This document shows positions 8,227-17,052 of a stretch of 64,000 bases of DNA, piece by piece. Under the pieces are notes generated by a model. That model worked only from the letters and a program-made list of their open reading frames with translations, ran no database searches and had not been told where the DNA came from. The stretch covers positions 992,001 through 1,056,000 of the forward strand of contig CAWFGO010000001.1 of assembly GCA_963815455.1 (NCBI GenBank), in the 5' to 3' direction. The first letter of the stretch is position 1. Every line of letters begins with the position of its first letter. The stretch is from an uncultured Verrucomicrobiae bacterium (GTDB taxonomy: Bacteria; Verrucomicrobiota; Verrucomicrobiia; Chthoniobacterales; UBA10450). Made by a program: the position numbers and the translations under genes.

Positions 8227-9759
8227 TCAGTATGTAATCCCGCGGGCTGGATCGGAGTTATCCTCGAACCAGCTGGCATAAGAGTAGTTGGCCACGCCGT
8301 TGGTTCCACGCAGGCTTGTATCGAAAGAGAACGTGGCGCTTCCCGACAAGGTTAGATTGTCCGCCAGGACAGCGCCGGTAAAATTTCCGCTGCCCGAGAT
8401 TGTCACCTGGGCCCCAGGTGCATTGACCGTGCCCGCAAAATCGGAGCTGCTTGATATCGTGACTTTGTTGTTGCCGACGCCGATTATTTCGAAGTTGTTA
8501 GCCGTGGAGCTCTGATTATTGTATGAGCCCCCACTGATGGTCACGTCCTTGTCCACGATCCAGGTTACGGCAACATTACTATTTTGATTAATCGAGCTGC
8601 CCCCGGAGAGGGTGAGTTTGCCCGTGACCCAGATAATGACGTATTTGGTAGCGCCGCTCGCGTTTGCGACCAGGTTGAAAAGGCCGCCGCCCGAAACCGT
8701 GAAGTCGCCGCTGACTTTGATCAACGTCGGATTGGCCGACGGACCGCTGGCGGTGAAAGTGCTGACCGTCTGGTTCAACGAATTCTTGGGAAGCCCACCG
8801 CCGCCCGTGTAGTTGGTATAGTTACCAACCGCATAAACAGGCAAATTTACCTGCTCGGAGCTCGTATACTGCTGCAAGTTATTTTTCGATCCCCAGCCGC
8901 TCACGGTGGGATCGACTGTCGCGACGAAGCCAGGGTTAAACGGCGATTCGATGTTACCTTGAACGTTGGTGGTGCCCTTTATCACAGGGCCGCTGTACTG
9001 GATGCCGCCGTAAACGTACATACCCCTAAGATCAGAGCTGGCGCTGTCCGCCAGGCCAATGTCGCTATAGACAGTCGCGCTGCCACTCATCGAGATCCAG
9101 TTGGCCAGGGTGATTCCGCGGGGCCAGTTGTTGTTATTCAGCACCGGTTTTGCCACTAACTCGATCCGGCGCACCGCCTGCGGCTGTGTCACGCTTCCGC
9201 TACCGAGGCGGTCGTAGCGCAGACTAATCTTGCGCAAATCGTTATCCAGCTTGTTCGCAGATACCCGGGCTGGTCCCGGTGCCGGCACATACCCGGCCGA
9301 GCGGATACGATAGGCCTGACCGCCATTGCTGAGATTCGACGACACCGGGGAGATCGACCCGTTATCTACGGTGACTCGCGTGGTGACCGAATTGCCCGCC
9401 TCGCCCTCGAGAGCTAAGCTGGAAGAGTAATAGTAATATTGGTTGGCCCCCGGCTTGACTGAATAACCGCTCGGGAATGGAGTGGCGGTGGGGTTCGGCT
9501 GGCCGCCGGGTAACGACGACGAAGAAACAGGATACCATCCGGTCCAGTCTCCCTTGTTAAGTGCATTCATGGCCAGATCGACGCCAGCTTCCGCGCCGCA
9601 CATGGCTTGCTGCCAGCTCGTGGTTTGCGTCGTCGCGTTCGCATTCTGCGACGTGACATACAAACTGGTCGCACAGATCAGCGTCAGGATGGTGATCGTT
9701 ATCATCGCCATCATCAGGATGCTGCCGTTTTCTCTTTGGTTAGATTCTGTTTTCATCAT
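8227..9759 (-). CDS. PilX-like minor pilin with large C-terminal beta-solenoid domain
   Basis: Class III signal RENG|SILMMAM lacking Glu5; AEAGVD..M, YRIRSAG; C-terminal GTVNAPGAQVTISGSGNFTGAVLA repeats. Confidence 0.75.
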   Translation of the reverse strand: MMKTESNQRENGSILMMAMITITILTLICATSLYVTSQNANATTQTTSWQQAMCGAEAGVDLAMNALNKGDWTGWYPVSSSSLPGGQPNPTATPFPSGYSVKPGANQYYYYSSSLALEGEAGNSVTTRVTVDNGSISPVSSNLSNGGQAYRIRSAGYVPAPGPARVSANKLDNDLRKISLRYDRLGSGSVTQPQAVRRIELVAKPVLNNNNWPRGITLANWISMSGSATVYSDIGLADSASSDLRGMYVYGGIQYSGPVIKGTTNVQGNIESPFNPGFVATVDPTVSGWGSKNNLQQYTSSEQVNLPVYAVGNYTNYTGGGGLPKNSLNQTVSTFTASGPSANPTLIKVSGDFTVSGGGLFNLVANASGATKYVIIWVTGKLTLSGGSSINQNSNVAVTWIVDKDVTISGGSYNNQSSTANNFEIIGVGNNKVTISSSSDFAGTVNAPGAQVTISGSGNFTGAVLADNLTLSGSATFSFDTSLRGTNGVANYSYASWFEDNSDPARGITY

Positions 9760-9762
9760 TTT

Positions 9763-10377
9763 TTATTGGCGGGCTTTTCCATTTCTCAAAAAAGTTTCGG
9801 CATACACCGTCGTGCCGGCGATGACCGGATTCACGGTCTTGAACCTCGGTGAAAAAGTTACGCTGCATTTGACCGTGCTGGCGCCGGATCCGGCGGTCAC
9901 GCTGGCATTGAAGCTCGAGACGTCGGTCGCGATCGCCTTGGCGCAGTTGCTCCAGGCGGCCCCGGCACCGCATTTGGTTGCGCTGCCGCCTACCTGGCGC
10001 ATGAACTCGTTGCCGGTCGCGCTTTTGTAATAAGAAATGTCTGTCGTGCCCGAACCGTACTGAAGGGAGGAACCGTTGTAGGTTGGGGCCACAGGATTGC
10101 CGTTTGAATCGTAATAGTTCGGCACTGAGACAGTGAGGGTCTGCGTACCGCTGTTCCACGAAACGCTGGTGGCGCGGCGGCAGTCCATGGCGATGTAATC
10201 CTGGACGCGGAGCTGATCGCCGGTGGCGATCGAGTATCCTTCCACGGCGGCGAAGCTGCGCTGCAAAGCGGTACTGGCTGCCAGCAATGCGGCCAGAACC
10301 ATCGATCCGCAGCCCATTGCCATCATCATTTCAACGAGGGTAAACCCGAAACGGGTGTGTTTTTGAGATCTCTTCAT
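9763..10377 (-). CDS. Prepilin-type (PilW-like) minor pilin
   Basis: G|FTLVEMMMAM cleavage/methylation motif. Confidence 0.85.
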   Translation of the reverse strand: MKRSQKHTRFGFTLVEMMMAMGCGSMVLAALLAASTALQRSFAAVEGYSIATGDQLRVQDYIAMDCRRATSVSWNSGTQTLTVSVPNYYDSNGNPVAPTYNGSSLQYGSGTTDISYYKSATGNEFMRQVGGSATKCGAGAAWSNCAKAIATDVSSFNASVTAGSGASTVKCSVTFSPRFKTVNPVIAGTTVYAETFLRNGKARQ

Positions 10378-10958
10378 TGGCCAATGTTTCCAACAGTGAA
10401 AATCGAGGAGAGTTGGCGCTTACGCTCGCGGCCGTTTGCGCTGGTCCACGTCTCAAGAATGTCCACCTTTAACATGCTCACCGTTCCGGCGGCTACCTGG
10501 TTATCGAGATCATGATTCTCCGAGATTGTCTGCCCCCCATTATGCTGTTTGTCCCAGGACAGGACGGTCGGCGTGGGTGAGGGACTGGGGACCGGATACT
10601 GATTGACTGTGAGTTGCTCGGTGACCGAACCCAGGGCCGCGAACGGATCGATCGTCGCTCCGCTTCCATCCGTGGCGGTACACACCTTCAAGATGTGGTC
10701 CTTAACGTAATCCTTATGGGCGATATCCGAGAAAGCCGTGGCCCGGAAGACTTCCATCCGCCATTGCATAGCCATGGTCGCGGCGGTGGTTTCCTTTTGC
10801 GCTTTAAGGGCGATAAGCAGGTGCTGGTTAGTGGCAAAAGCCGCCAAGCCAAACAAGGCGGTCACGCCCATGGCAATGGCCACCTCGGCTATGGTGAACC
10901 CGTGAGAGGCTCGGGAACCCCTGGCCAACCTGGCAGGTTGCATTGGCTTAGTCATCAT
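10374..10958 (-). CDS. Prepilin-type (PilV-like) minor pilin
   Basis: G|FTIAEVAIAM motif; 4-nt overlap with the next gene. Confidence 0.82.
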   Translation of the reverse strand: MMTKPMQPARLARGSRASHGFTIAEVAIAMGVTALFGLAAFATNQHLLIALKAQKETTAATMAMQWRMEVFRATAFSDIAHKDYVKDHILKVCTATDGSGATIDPFAALGSVTEQLTVNQYPVPSPSPTPTVLSWDKQHNGGQTISENHDLDNQVAAGTVSMLKVDILETWTSANGRERKRQLSSIFTVGNIGQ

Positions 10959-10973
10959 TTGTCAGCCTATAAA

Positions 10974-10989
10974 AGCAATAAATATGCCC
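10974..10989 (-). promoter_or_regulatory. Putative sigma54 -24/-12 promoter of the pilin operon
   Basis: Minus strand GGGCATATTTATTGCT: GG-N10-GC with TTGCT. Confidence 0.55.
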
Positions 10990-11058
10990 AACAACCGTAA
11001 TTCAACGGTTCGGCCGATTCTACGGCGCCTGGGATTGCCTTACGCGACTGACCGGCCC

Positions 11059-11760
11059 CTATCGAACAGTTGAGCCCGGCTTTCGGCCCCGACGGCGTTG
11101 CGCCCGCGTCAATTCAAAGAACACGCAAACGAACACTGGGATCAGCGGCCAAAGGCTGGAGGCTTCGGGCACGGAGGAGAGCACCCCATAGGTAGCGACG
11201 TTGTCCAAATAGAACTGCCCCCCGGGCCCGCCGGCATTCCAGCCATAAAAGAGGAAAGTCGCCGAGGTTACATTATCTGCATCGGTCAACGGAGTGAAGT
11301 TGAAGGCAAACGCGGTAAAACTGCTGCTGTCTGGCGGCGCAAAATCAAATGTGGCGTAAGCCGTTGCCGATCCATTCAGGAACAAGGCAACCTCGGCGTT
11401 GGCTGGACCGGTACTGGAAATTCGGCCTTCGAACGTAAGGCTGGTGAGATTCAAGACCAAACCCACGTTAGCCGTAATGGTAAAGCCTTCATATTGGGCT
11501 GGATTGATCACTCCCGTCTGGTTCCAATTATTGGTGCCAAAGGTGTTGTTGCCGCCGGCGCTGGACACAACGCCCAGATCGGCCGTGCGGGTAAAGTCGC
11601 CAAAGGTCGCACCGGTTGGCTGGGGAAAGGATTGATTGGCGGCGAGACCCGAGCCCGGCGAGCCTGGAAAATCGTAGAGGAACAACAGGCTGGCCCGCAG
11701 TGTCGAACAGGAAAGCGCAGTTGCGAGGGAGAAAAGAAGGAGAAGCTTTGAGGAGCGCAT
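11059..11760 (-). CDS. Secreted PEP-CTERM-like protein
   Basis: Signal peptide; VPEASSLWPLIPVFVCVFF + RRRGRK. Confidence 0.82.
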   Translation of the reverse strand: MRSSKLLLLFSLATALSCSTLRASLLFLYDFPGSPGSGLAANQSFPQPTGATFGDFTRTADLGVVSSAGGNNTFGTNNWNQTGVINPAQYEGFTITANVGLVLNLTSLTFEGRISSTGPANAEVALFLNGSATAYATFDFAPPDSSSFTAFAFNFTPLTDADNVTSATFLFYGWNAGGPGGQFYLDNVATYGVLSSVPEASSLWPLIPVFVCVFFELTRAQRRRGRKPGSTVR

Positions 11761-11784
11761 AATCACAAAATCACGATTCGGTTG

Positions 11785-11800
11785 AGCAAATGGCAGGCCA
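11785..11800 (-). promoter_or_regulatory. Putative sigma54 -24/-12 promoter
   Basis: Minus strand TGGCCTGCCATTTGCT, ending 24 nt before the ATG at 11760. Confidence 0.6.
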
Positions 11801-11812
11801 GAAACCTTTCGT

Positions 11813-12472
11813 TCAAAGCGGACTCACAACGGCGACCGGCGGCAGCCCGGGGACATCGCCTGCAGTTCCAAATGGAAATGCCGAATAGCCAAGCTCGGCC
11901 GGAACAAAACTGAACGCGCTGACCTGAGCCACATCAAACGGGCGCCGGGTCTTGAGCCGAGTCCATCTCAACGCCACATAGCGGGCGTTAGTCGGCTCAA
12001 AATCCACGGTGGCGTTGCCGGGGTCCGGAGGATCGACAATGGACGCAAACGGCTTCACGTATTCAAGGCCGGCCGGATCCTTTGGTCGCTCGTTCAACAG
12101 ATAAATATCGAGGCGCACAACTTCCGCGGTAAATACCGCGCTGACCCGGTGCAGCCGCTGGCTTTCGGCCAACTCGACGATAACTATTGGAGACGTGTCG
12201 TTACCGGCAAAGCGAAAAGCGGTCCCGAGGTCGTCATCGATCATGCGAACGGCCAGGAGCTTCGGGCCAGAGCTGACGTAGGCGATTCGAGCACGGGCGT
12301 GCAACTTGGCCCAATTATACTGGGGCGTATCCGCCCGAACCAGGACGCTGGGAACAACGGCTGGGTCGGCTTCAACAGCCTTGACAGGGGAAACGCAAAG
12401 AGTTCCGGCGGAGATTCCGGCAAGACTGCCTACGACGAGAGCCCGGCGGAGAGAGCAAAGGAGAAATCGCAT
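11813..12472 (-). CDS. Secreted hypothetical protein, discoidin/F5-8-like beta sandwich
   Basis: RBS GGAGG, signal peptide, MIDDDLGT..F and NARYVALRW motifs. Confidence 0.6.
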   Translation of the reverse strand: MRFLLCSLRRALVVGSLAGISAGTLCVSPVKAVEADPAVVPSVLVRADTPQYNWAKLHARARIAYVSSGPKLLAVRMIDDDLGTAFRFAGNDTSPIVIVELAESQRLHRVSAVFTAEVVRLDIYLLNERPKDPAGLEYVKPFASIVDPPDPGNATVDFEPTNARYVALRWTRLKTRRPFDVAQVSAFSFVPAELGYSAFPFGTAGDVPGLPPVAVVSPL

Positions 12473-12520
12473 AACGATCCCTCCCAAAGCTTAGATTGGG
12501 CCAACCGCAGTGATCGGACG

Positions 12521-14281
12521 TCAGTTGCCGGCGGCTATTTCTTTTTGGGCTTTTTCCACGAGCGCTTGTTCTTCCGGCAGCAAATTCGCCTTCGCGCCAA
12601 GATCGAGATATTTTTTTGCCTCCGCTTTTTCGCCCACGCCGACGAGGAACACGCCGTAGTATGCTGCTACGGACGGATCATGCAGTTGCTCGTCCGTTAA
12701 TCCAGCCATGACCCTGGCTGCTCCCGTGGCGTCGCCTTTTTCGTAGAGGGAGTAAGCGTAAGTTGCGGCAAAGGAAGCATTGTTCGCCTCCTTGCGATAA
12801 AGGTCCGCGGCAAGTTTTCGGGCCCGATCCACGTCGGCATCGAGCAGGAGCGCAATCTGCGCGAGATTATTTTGCACCTTAAGATCGGCCGGGTTCATCT
12901 CGAAAAGGCGAAGCAAGACGCGATAGAGTCCCTGCGTATCTTTTGCCTGGGCGTAGTGCAGATACAGGCCCTGCAGAGCTTCGGATTGCGCGTCGGCATT
13001 TTTCGAAATCTGCCAGAGCAAATCCAGCGCTTCTTTTTTCCATTTCCATTCCGCCGCGGTCCGAGCCAGCGACAGCAGATATTCGCTCTGGCTTCCGGCG
13101 GCTTTGATGGCAGTCGACCACTCGCGCTCCGCTGCCACCGTTTTATCTTGTTCTCGCAACGATCGCGCCAGATACGCATGTCGAAGGTAATCGGCTTCCC
13201 GCCAATTCGCCGATTTCGTTGCCTCTTCGAGATTCCGCCATTCGCCGAGCCGCGTGTAAATGTCGGCCACGGCCAGCGGCACGGGCCATTTTTCCATGGT
13301 CTCGGCGGGCACGCTTTTCACGAAATCGAGGGCCAGGAGATTCAGGTTACTTTGACTCATCCAAGCCAAAAGGCCGGCCAGATCGGTAGGTTTTTCCGCG
13401 GCGCTCTTTTCGAAATCGGTCAAATATTTCGTGAACTCCGGATTCTGAAGTTGGCGCAAGAAGCCCAGGAAAAGAAGCCGATCGCTTAAGGTCGCATCCG
13501 GGTAAGCCTGGAGCTCGCGCGCGAGTTCGAGCAAGTGCTGCGCGTCTTCTTGGCGCGCGATTCCGTCGTTGATCAGCGCCCGGGTGGCGGCGCCGCGATG
13601 TTGTTGATCGTCGCGCAGGGCCGTCAAGATCGCCTTGCCCGATGCATGTCGATCCTCATTCGTCGCGGGCAATCGCAGGATACCGAGTTGAAGTTGATAA
13701 CTTTTTTCGCCCGGCATCAGCTCCAACGCCTTGGTCCATTCGCTGTCCGCTTGTTCCTCCTGGCCGTGAGCCTGGGCCAAAAGCGCGCCCACGGCGTGGT
13801 AACCGGCACTGTGCCGGCCGGCTTCATCGATCGAGGACAGGACGCGTTCGGCCGTCGCGGGATCGTTGAACTGAAGAGAGCATCGGGCCCAGGCCAGCTT
13901 GTCCTCTACCGAATCGGGCTGCAAATCCGCCACCCTGTGACGCCAGTCCAGTGCGACCCGATTTCCAGTTTTCTCCGCCAATTCGGCCATGACCCGGGCA
14001 GCCGGCACACTGCCCGGTTTGAGTTCCAGGACGTTGCGCGCGGCCAGGCTTGCCGTGCGTTGGTCGCCGTGTTCCAGCGCCACCAGAGCCCGCCGAGTCA
14101 ACCGCGTTTCCTGCCACCGAACATAGAGATTGTGGCCGCCCCAAATCAGCGCGATCAACAAGATGAGCCCGGCCAGGCTGCCGAGCGAAAGTTTCAGATA
14201 AAAGCGCTCCGTGCGTGCGTGCGAAACTTCCGCCCGGCCGGCCCGCGTTTTGGAAATTGGAACCTGCAATTTGGGATTCAT
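12521..14281 (-). CDS. Membrane-anchored TPR-repeat protein (paralog 2 of 3)
   Basis: TM helix plus shared motifs KWPVPL, LRHAYL, GLYRVL, QNNLAQ, LLPEE; start could be 14314. Confidence 0.85.
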   Translation of the reverse strand: MNPKLQVPISKTRAGRAEVSHARTERFYLKLSLGSLAGLILLIALIWGGHNLYVRWQETRLTRRALVALEHGDQRTASLAARNVLELKPGSVPAARVMAELAEKTGNRVALDWRHRVADLQPDSVEDKLAWARCSLQFNDPATAERVLSSIDEAGRHSAGYHAVGALLAQAHGQEEQADSEWTKALELMPGEKSYQLQLGILRLPATNEDRHASGKAILTALRDDQQHRGAATRALINDGIARQEDAQHLLELARELQAYPDATLSDRLLFLGFLRQLQNPEFTKYLTDFEKSAAEKPTDLAGLLAWMSQSNLNLLALDFVKSVPAETMEKWPVPLAVADIYTRLGEWRNLEEATKSANWREADYLRHAYLARSLREQDKTVAAEREWSTAIKAAGSQSEYLLSLARTAAEWKWKKEALDLLWQISKNADAQSEALQGLYLHYAQAKDTQGLYRVLLRLFEMNPADLKVQNNLAQIALLLDADVDRARKLAADLYRKEANNASFAATYAYSLYEKGDATGAARVMAGLTDEQLHDPSVAAYYGVFLVGVGEKAEAKKYLDLGAKANLLPEEQALVEKAQKEIAAGN

Positions 14282-14422
14282 CAGAACAAAAAACGCCGCA
14301 CCCGACCTAAGCATCTGCTATTCCGCCAACCGTATCAAACCGGGCGAGGCCCTCGGGATCGCCTCGGAAACGCCCTCCCTGTGGGGCCAAAAACGGGACC
14401 ATTTTTCCCAAGAAAAATAGTA

Positions 14423-14451
14423 TTGACGTGATCGGGCAAAATCCCTAAAAC
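14423..14451 (+). promoter_or_regulatory. Putative sigma70 promoter
   Basis: TTGACG-17-TAAAAC upstream of ATG 14477. Confidence 0.45.
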
Positions 14452-14476
14452 CGAGCCTGAATATAGGGAATTCATC

Positions 14477-15169
14477 ATGAACATACTCCACTCGAATCGT
14501 CTTTTGAGAAATTCACTCAGGGTTTTGGCCGTTGTCGTTTGCCTGGCGGGGTCTTCCGCCTGGGCGGCATTCACAACTTGGGATTTGAATCCGGACAACC
14601 TCAACGCGTCGGTCAACTCGCCCAGCCACCCTTTTACTGTCGATGGACACACCATCACAGCCTACGGCTACGATAACCAGAACGGCGTCGGGAATGCGCA
14701 TGTGCTCTACTTCAAAAGTGATCCGAGTGAGCTCGACGAACGCGGCCTTGGACTGATCGGCACTCCGCATAACGAATTACAGGCGGGCCCGAACGGACCG
14801 CTTCATTTCATTCAGCTGGATCTAAGTTCAATCATCGCGGCCGGCTTTATTAACGGCAGAATCTCGGTCGGCAGCGTTCAGCCCGGAGAATTATTCCAGA
14901 TTTACGGGTCCAACCAGCTCGGCATGCTTGGTACCGCGTTGTTCGCCAACCCGCTCGGAAGCGATTCTGATACTGAATTTGTGGCCATCCCCGATTTTGG
15001 GACCTATCACTACATCTCGATCGCTGCTCTGGCGCTCGATGTGCTCCCGGTCGCATTTCAGGCTGAGCTCGTCCCGATCCCCGAAGCCGCCAGCTTTGTT
15101 CCGGTCGCTCTGTTGGCCATCGGCATAGTCCTGGTCGAGGTTCGCCGTCGGCGTCGCGCCACTGCGTAG
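14477..15169 (+). CDS. Secreted PEP-CTERM-like protein
   Basis: Signal peptide; VPIPEAASFVPVALLAIGIVLVEV + RRRRR. Confidence 0.85.
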   Translation: MNILHSNRLLRNSLRVLAVVVCLAGSSAWAAFTTWDLNPDNLNASVNSPSHPFTVDGHTITAYGYDNQNGVGNAHVLYFKSDPSELDERGLGLIGTPHNELQAGPNGPLHFIQLDLSSIIAAGFINGRISVGSVQPGELFQIYGSNQLGMLGTALFANPLGSDSDTEFVAIPDFGTYHYISIAALALDVLPVAFQAELVPIPEAASFVPVALLAIGIVLVEVRRRRRATA

Positions 15170-15256
15170 GCCAGCCATTGTCGATCTTGCTGCCGGGGAC
15201 GACCTCTAGGTCGTCCCCGCTCAGTTTCATCGGCCCTCGGTCACACGTAGTGCGGC

Positions 15257-16960
15257 CTACTTAAGAGAGTCTTGCGCTTTCGCGACCAGTTCTCTTTCTT
15301 CCGGCAGAAGTTTGGCCGAATCAACCAGGCTCAGGTACTCGCGCGCTTTCTCGGTTTCCCCCACCGCGGCCAGAAGCACACCGTAGTAGGTAGCCAGAGC
15401 CGGTTTGCGCAGTTCCTCCTCGCTCAGATGACTCATGACATTCAGGGCCTCGCTCGCATCGCCTTTAATGTACAATGCGAAGGCGTAAGTGGACGCATAT
15501 TCCGGGTTCGACGGTTCTTGCGCATAAATTTCAGCGGCAACCCGGCTGGCCCGCTCGACATCTGCATTCAAGAGCAGGCGAAGTTGGGCGAGATTGTTTT
15601 GGACCCGTCGATCTCCAGGCATCAGCTCGGCCAGTCGCGTCAGAACTCGATATAGACCCGGGGTGTCGCCCGTTCTGATATACTCTCGATAAAGGCCATC
15701 GAGCGCTTCCAATTGAGCCTCGGGATGCTTCGATAACATCCAAAGCAAATCCAGACTTTCTTTTTTCCAGCCCCATCGCAACACCGTTTGCGAAAGCACC
15801 GATAGCAACTGCGTTTGGTTACCAGCCAGTTTTTGAGCAGCGGTCCATTCCCGATCCGCGTCTGTAACTCTGCCTTCCTCTCGAAAAGCGCGGGACAGAT
15901 ACGCGTGGCGAAGGAAATCGAACGGTCCCCAGTCCTTGCCCTTTAGGAAATCCTCCAGTTTGTCCCAGTCGGCCAATCGATCGTAAGATCCCGCGATTGT
16001 TAATGGCACCGGCCATTTCGTCACCACATCGGTTGGCAAACTGCGCACAAAATCGAGTGCCACCAGACCCATCCCATTTGCGTTCATCCAGGAAAGAACA
16101 GCGGCCAGATCCGCCGGTTTGGATGCCGACTCGTTTTCGGTTTCGGTAAGATACCGAGTGAACTCCGGATCGCGCAGTTGTCGCAGAAAATCCAGATATA
16201 GAAGACGATCGCTCAACGTCGCCTCCGGATAACTTTGAAGCTCGCGCGCCAGACCCGCCAATTCCAGGCCCGCCGCGCGATGCGCTACGCCATCGAGAAT
16301 CAGCGCTCGAGTCGCAGCGGCCCGCTGACTCTTATCGCCGCGCAATTTCTCCAGCATGGCCAACCCAGCTTTGCGTTTGGCTCCATTGTCGATCTTCAAC
16401 AGAACCAGCCCGAGCTTCAGTTGATAAAATGTGTTCTCCGGCGCCAGCTTCACGGCCTGGGCCCAATGGTTTTCCGCCTCGGCCATCTCTTTTTTTGCCT
16501 CCGCCAACCGTCCAGCCGAAGCGTGGAATTCAGCCGTCTGACGCGCTTTCTCGTCGAGTCGGCCGAGGGTTTTTTCGGCAGCGGCGACATCGTTGAATTG
16601 CAATAGGCAATTCACCAAAGCGAGGGTGTCTGCAGTTGAATCCGGTTCGCGCTCGCTCGCTTGCCGCCGCCAGGCCAGGGCGCTTCGGTCATTCGCGCGT
16701 TCGGCCACGTCAGCTACTACCCGAATGGCGGCAATGCAGGATGGATCCAATTGCAAGGCCCGGCGCGCGGAGAGCGCCGATTGCCGCAAGTCGCCGCCGC
16801 TCAGGTAGGCCGCAGCCCGCCGGGCCAGGTGTCGCGACTCAAAAACACAGTAGAGACGATATCCGCCCCAGCAGACAAAGATAAAGAGGACAAAGCCTAT
16901 GAGGCCCCCAAGCGCCAGTTTGATAAACGTGCGCTGTTTGCGTTCTTCCGGCCGTCCCAC
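15257..16960 (-). CDS. Membrane-anchored TPR-repeat protein (paralog 3 of 3)
   Basis: Same motif set as paralogs 1 and 2. Confidence 0.85.
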   Translation of the reverse strand: MGRPEERKQRTFIKLALGGLIGFVLFIFVCWGGYRLYCVFESRHLARRAAAYLSGGDLRQSALSARRALQLDPSCIAAIRVVADVAERANDRSALAWRRQASEREPDSTADTLALVNCLLQFNDVAAAEKTLGRLDEKARQTAEFHASAGRLAEAKKEMAEAENHWAQAVKLAPENTFYQLKLGLVLLKIDNGAKRKAGLAMLEKLRGDKSQRAAATRALILDGVAHRAAGLELAGLARELQSYPEATLSDRLLYLDFLRQLRDPEFTRYLTETENESASKPADLAAVLSWMNANGMGLVALDFVRSLPTDVVTKWPVPLTIAGSYDRLADWDKLEDFLKGKDWGPFDFLRHAYLSRAFREEGRVTDADREWTAAQKLAGNQTQLLSVLSQTVLRWGWKKESLDLLWMLSKHPEAQLEALDGLYREYIRTGDTPGLYRVLTRLAELMPGDRRVQNNLAQLRLLLNADVERASRVAAEIYAQEPSNPEYASTYAFALYIKGDASEALNVMSHLSEEELRKPALATYYGVLLAAVGETEKAREYLSLVDSAKLLPEERELVAKAQDSLK

Positions 16961-17052
16961 AGAGCGCCACAGTAATGTGTCGCGTTCGGCAAAGTCAATT
17001 TACTCCGCGGCTGCGGAGTGGAATCGGGCGTGCAAGCTGCTATGGGTTGCGC

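Noticed and set aside
4787..8293. Repeated 3' cassettes as a diversity-generating retroelement (TR/VR)
   Set aside because: No reverse transcriptase in the window and the differences between copies are not adenine-specific
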